A stretch of 64,000 nucleotides of DNA, taken from the NCBI GenBank assembly GCA_030141605.1, contig JAQGDQ010000966.1, forward strand, positions 1-64,000, in the 5' to 3' direction. A model generated the notes under the pieces. The model did not search any database. It was not told where the DNA came from and saw nothing but the letters and a program-made list of their open reading frames with translations. This document shows positions 37,819 through 64,000 of the stretch, one piece after another; positions within the stretch are counted from its first letter, which is position 1, and the number at the start of each line of letters is the position of its first letter. Source of the stretch: Tubiluchus corallicola. Lineage: Eukaryota; Animalia; Priapulida. A program made the translations under genes and the position numbers.

Positions 37819-38610
37819 AACATTTGGGTACCAAAATCGTCATTTTATCTCTCTAATGGCTAAGGCTATGGCTTTCAAATATCAGCAACAACATCGTAAA
37901 AGCGGCCTTTAATGAATAATTTCCGATTCACTTAATATTCAAAATTAAACAGCTTAATGGGTTCGAGATCTAAGATTGTGCAAAGTTTAACTTTTAGGCA
38001 AAATGAACAAGTTTTTCGCCATATTTTACAGTACACAATGTAGCAAGGTTCGAGAACCTGGCGGCCATTTTGTTCTTTCTTGTTTATTGGACTGTTTCAA
38101 GTCCTTTATTCGCTTTTAGTGGTCTAGTAGCAGTTTTTAGATTCAGCAAAGTCGAACAAGTAAAAATAATTTGCGTTTTGTTTATTATACTAAATTACAT
38201 TACATTATCACATTAAATTTTTACATGAAACAGCTAGTATAATTCCACAGCCGGAAGAATTTCGTTTGTTGGCGGCCATTTTGAAACATGCGGCCATTTT
38301 TGAAATAAATGTAACAATAATGAATTTCTGAAGTTTAACAATACGTGCACTTGGAATAGATTTCATAATCCTTTGATTTATAACTTGATTTTCAAGCACG
38401 CCTCAGCTTTTTCTCTGATTCAGCACAAACAAGTTAATAAGATTGGCTATGTTCACCACTTTTAGAAGAAAATTCCTCCAGGCCCAAAAAGACCAAGTTT
38501 CTACTTTTCTGAAAATTCGTCTAGTCTAGGACGAATCTTAGAAAATCACGATCGCTTACTGTGTGTATGGTACGAATGTATGTAAAACGGCAGAGGAAAA
38601 ATGGCATGGT

Positions 38611-40786
38611 CAAGGACTACTATACAACAGGACGTGCACAGTCAGATCTCTGACTCGGCTAGCGGAGACGATCTATTTTTAACATTTAGTGCTAATAATT
38701 TGGACATATTTACCCCCCATGGTGACCTATAGCATGCCACAATACACATAGAACATATTCCTCATTCATCTAGTAATCTCAAACAGTGGTACCTATGATA
38801 TCCCCCCCCCCCCAAAAAAAAACACACCATATCTGCAACTCATTGTAAACTGAGAACTCACCCTTTATTCTGTCACTCTGAAGTTCACGCAATAATACGT
38901 AGTAAAATCCAACAGAAAACAAGTGCCTACAGATAGCGAGGAGTCCCTCCGTGGTCTGAATCAAAGCTTTTCGCGTATCATGTGTCAGGCATTCAATTCT
39001 ATTTGGTCCGTGTCCTGATTCGGTTTGCTTAAACAGAGTCAACAACGACTGAAGAGTATCAGATGAATCAGAGTACCACACTCGTGTATTTTCCAAGGGA
39101 TGTTCAGCCTCCCAGTCTGTTCGTCGGGTAAACAATTTGCAGTATTGTTGGTTGATCTTGTGGTTGTCCGTCATGGACCCTAAAACAGTTCCTCCCGAAT
39201 TCTCAACCACTGTAGCAGCCTCCTTCACGACAGAGAATTGATATGTAGCAGTCAGCTTGTGAACTGGGGTCACTGATATCATCATGCTGGGGCCACCATG
39301 TAGACATTTAGCCATCACACATAGCATTGATGTAGCTTTACTGTCTGGCTCATTTTTTGCCATGCCATTTAGCACACCCCCTGAAAAAGCCACTGTTGGG
39401 CGTATTTTCACTTCATCCACCAATAGCATACAGTGTTTCTGCTTAGAGCTTTTTACTTTCTGAAATGTTTTACCTAGCACCTTGTCAATATCTGTCGATG
39501 AAATAACTGACTGCAGCTTTCTTTTGCTGGGTGACACTAAAAAGTCACGCAGCTGTTCGTAATTGCAATGGGGAAATGACTCTATTGCAAAGCAATAATC
39601 AGACACTGTGAAAGTCTTATCACATAATAGTCGAAGCTGTCGTGTTAGAAATTTGAGCTTCTTGGCTTTAACATTAACACTAGGAGATTGTTCTCGATTT
39701 TGGGCTAGTTCAAGTTCAAGAGACTTTGTCACTTTGTTGACAATATCATCAACATGATGAATGTGGTTGACAACAGAATTCACAACCGCGAAAAATTGTG
39801 AGGAAGAGGACAGCCCATTGTTCGGACTGAGGATTTTACTTAATGGCACACTGATCCCGTTTTTGAAAGCATACAGAGTAAGAGGGGAACACAAGGTAGG
39901 CTTATTGTGAACAATAATTGACATATAACATTGACTGTGGTCCTCTTCCATGAACATGCACACAAATTTGTCTTGTGTGCTAGATATAATGAGGTTCTGA
40001 TACATCTTATGCAGGTCTTTCTCAGGAGTGAATTCATTGAGAGAAGTTATTTTATCCTTTTTAAAGAAATAATTCAGCTGCTGGTCGGCGAGGTGGTGGC
40101 TTTGGAGTGGGCAAGCATGATGTTGGAACGTTGAAAATACTGGGTGGATCCACTGGCCTGGTGTGATCACCTGGAATTTTGACCATTTGAGTATCCGATG
40201 GCCAATGCTTTTCGCAAATGAAAAATTTCGTTGGATCAACAACAAAGCCTTCGCGTGGGGGAAGAACACTTAGCCATTTCTGTTTTTCTACATGATCTCT
40301 TGGCAGTCTGAACACACGACACTTGTTCTCCGTGTCATAGTTACCTTTGCATTTAACAACACCACACTTGTTAGGCATGCTGCTGAGCACAGATGTATAA
40401 AATCCACGAGAAATTTTGAAAATAATCCTCAAAGAACAAACACAAGCATGAAAACAACGCTTCACTTGACTTTCAAGTTTCCCACAATGACAAAGCACTA
40501 CTTCCTATAAAATACACTTACGCCTAAAGTAGTGCGCTATTTAAGAAGTAAAAATGAACACTAATTTCCTTTGATACATAAAATAAACAATTGGTATTTT
40601 TCTCCCGTAATGTAAAGAACCAATTAAATGAAAAATAATACTCGCTATCTACCGATCCGCCCATTCTTGAATTTCCAAGATCACTACTCTCTCACCATTT
40701 CTAGATTACGTTCATACAAGTATTGATCGCCTCCGCTGGCTGAATCAGAGATCTGAGCGTGCACGTCCTGTGTATAGTAGTCCTTG
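38611..40786 (-). mobile_element. P-superfamily DNA transposon with THAP-domain transposase (frameshifted, internally deleted)
   Basis: ~62-bp TIRs (caaggactactatac...gacgtgcac...cagatctctga) and a perfect 8-bp TSD ggcatggt (38603-38610, 40787-40794). THAP C2CH domain from the ATG at 40378 (MPNKCGVVKC...W...FICEKHW); catalytic-type motifs LLVDEVKI, MTDNH and ELQSDRIKGEF. Confidence 0.93.
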
Positions 40787-40864
40787 GGCATGGTAAAAAT
40801 GGCATAGTAAAAATGGCACAGGGAAAAATGGTGGTGTGCTTACGGTAAGGGTTAAAGTGGGGTA

Positions 40865-42411
40865 TAATTATTTTAGTTATTCCTGCCAAGGAAGTTATGC
40901 TTCAACACAGTTTGTTTGACTGTTTTTTGGTTGTTTTTTGTCTGTTATGACATTAAGCCTATTATGCAAAAAACTATCTAACAGATTTCCTAGAAGCTTT
41001 TTGAAGAAAGGTGGGCATAGAGTGCCAAAATGGCAATCTTTTTTCGCAAAACTTGATGGAACACCACTTACAAAAAACGTTCGTGAAGCACTCCACTGAG
41101 GAATCTATCTCCACCAGGACACTCAACTACGAGTTAGTTCCTAATTCCATTTCGACAAAGTCTCGCTTGTAAAATTATGTAACAGTGTGCCATTAATTAA
41201 AGAATGTACCAGCTCTGCCTCAAACACCCGGACGACAAGAATAAATTTTACAACTTTATTGTAACTCGTAAAGAAACGTGGTTATAACTAGAAAGATGAG
41301 CGCAGCCAAAAAACGAAGAAGTTGAAAACAAAAAAGCCATTTTGCAAAAGGGACAAAGTTGATAACACTACCAGCACGCATGTATACTGGCGCTGCTTAT
41401 TATAATAACCTTTGCTTATTAAGGTATATAGCCTTATAAGGTAACTTGGTATGCAAATACGTACATATTTGTCATTCTATCACAATGGTCAAATTTAATG
41501 GTGAAAAGGGTCGATAATAACTATTATGAAACATTCATGCATTATTAATTAGAAATCCATTTTAGTGAACAAACATTTTGTGAGTCTTTTGCTAGCCTAT
41601 AATCAATACAGGTACATTTTTGTCTGTCTGCTTGCTTATCTTTCTGTTAATATTTTTGGATCAAAAGAATCATCATGATAATAATCATAATTTTTTTATT
41701 TATCTTGCAACACACATACAGTTAGAATACAATTAATTTGGAAAAAAATGTGGAGAAAGGGCAGCGAAGGACCAATTGATCATCCAGTCAGCTGCCCTTT
41801 GGTTAGTGATGAACATTTTTATAAGCGCTACAGTGTATTAGTGTTAGTACTGCTTATAATAAAGATTTAATTGTTACAAATGACATTAAATTGATATGCT
41901 TATAACGTGTTAATACAATTCATACACAGTAATAATAAGTGCATAATAAAAAATTAAACAAGAACTGAAAATAAAAATCTGACAACTGAAACATAAAACA
42001 ATGGCAATTGATATATATATAACTAAATAACACAAGTATAATTCTTAGACAGTCAAAAATAAATTATCATGTAAGTAATAGAACTGAGAATCAGGTTTAT
42101 CTCTTTATATATATTGGGATATTGAAGTATATAAATTGGGCGTTAATTTTCATGCACAGGCATACAGAAGTTACAATTTACATAACAAAAAGCGTATCAT
42201 GCGGGGGAAAACAACCGGAATAAAAAATTACACTGTAAACAATATTGTAAGTTGTGCGTTATAGTCGTGCAAAATCAACCGAATGTATAATGGAGTAAAT
42301 TAAAAAATTACAAAGCGATGAGTTCAAATAAATAGGCAGATAATCAGATGAACAAGATTAGGACTGCTCAGCTTTGGCAGAAATCTGCTTCCTACTGAGC
42401 GCATTCTAGTT
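40865..42411 (+). mobile_element. Possible Helentron-associated (HINE-like) element with nested inserts
   Basis: 5' ttattcctgccaaggaagttatg and 3' ctttggcagaaatctgc...gagcgcattctagtt resemble HINE sub-TIR/hairpin ends; degenerate. Confidence 0.35.
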
Positions 42412-42701
42412 TATAGAAATCAATTGCATTAAAATAACATAGTGCCATTTTTTACCTACTTTTGAAATTGTACCATTTTTGCTGTGCCTTTTTTACCTTG
42501 CCATGTTGTTCTGTGCCATTTTTCTGAGCTATTCTTTCCTGAGACACCGTATGGTACAAATACCTAGGATTTTTCTGACTTTCAAACGGGCGGGAATAAA
42601 TGACAATGGCTTGTTATCGATCTTTAATTATTTCACAAAAATAGTTAGCGCTAATATATATAACGTGCGTGTGATGGCAGCACCAATTATATTTACACTT
42701 C

Positions 42702-42714
42702 GTTGCATGGTTAC
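42702..42714. promoter_or_regulatory. Candidate RFX X-box upstream of CFAP43
   Basis: gttgcatggttac (reverse complement GTAACCATGCAAC) fits the RFX palindrome and lies ~115 bp upstream of the ATG of a motile-cilia gene. Confidence 0.55.
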
Positions 42715-42827
42715 GGGCGTACGTATGCTGGCGAGTCAGTGCTTTTGAGATTTTGATTAAAATTATAGTTTCTCGTAGTAAAAGTTGTCTGAGTTTATCG
42801 TAGTTAGTGATTGAATTGATCTCAAAA

Positions 42828-62662
<19,835 letters not shown>

Positions 62663-63169
62663 GTAAGGAATTGTTGTTTTCCAACAACAAGCGAGCTCTT
62701 TCCAATTTCGGGACTTACTGTTTGATAGATGACTGTAACAAAACTGAAAACTAGCTTTTGCAAGTCATAATTCTCTTAAAGAAGGACCCCATTTTGAAGT
62801 ACGGTAAAAAGTATACATTTTAACACAATTAATACTGCAAAAGTGTTTCTGATAATTAAATAATAGACTAATAGCACAAATATTTTTGACATCATAAACT
62901 AACATAATTTTCTACGGCAAAAATATTCCAGGGGCATGATCTAACAGACCTAGTTGTTTCCTTCGGACCTCTTATATGTGGAACTCTTTATAGAAAATAA
63001 TGTTACTACTAACTATAAAATTGCTCACAGTACTACTTTTATCTGACTCGATACGTACATTTTGAAGATTTTGTGGATTCGTCCTAGTCAGACTACTATG
63101 TACAACTAGAATCCCGAGTGTGCCGCGTGTGTAGCAGAAGGGTGTATAAAAAGTTCCTGAATAAATTGG

Positions 63170-64000
<831 letters not shown>

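Noticed and set aside
38779-40498. Domesticated THAP9-like host gene
   Set aside because: TIRs, TSD, frameshift and deletion show it is a transposon copy.

Overview
This is AT-rich metazoan (probably invertebrate) nuclear DNA, not prokaryotic. I reconstructed two multi-exon genes by hand from GT-AG junctions and reading-frame continuity; they point away from each other. The first is the 5' half of POLRMT (mitochondrial RNA polymerase) on the minus strand, from an ATG at 29296 off the left end. The second is the 5' part of CFAP43/WDR96 (axonemal WD40 protein) on the plus strand, from an ATG at 42828 off the right end. Between them lie an intronless BTB-BACK gene with a frameshift and a MATH-like tail, nested LTR-like remnants, an ANKRD17/MASK-like fragment, a 5S-rRNA-headed RTE-type retroelement and a P/THAP transposon with 8-bp TSDs. 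The introns contain many MITEs, LINE fragments, Helitron-like pieces and satellites. The main unexplained pattern is that several intronic tandem arrays are amplified copies of the neighbouring exon-intron junction itself, which gives long runs of decoy splice donors or acceptors in both genes. Gene identities rest on my recall of the homologous proteins; no database search was run.
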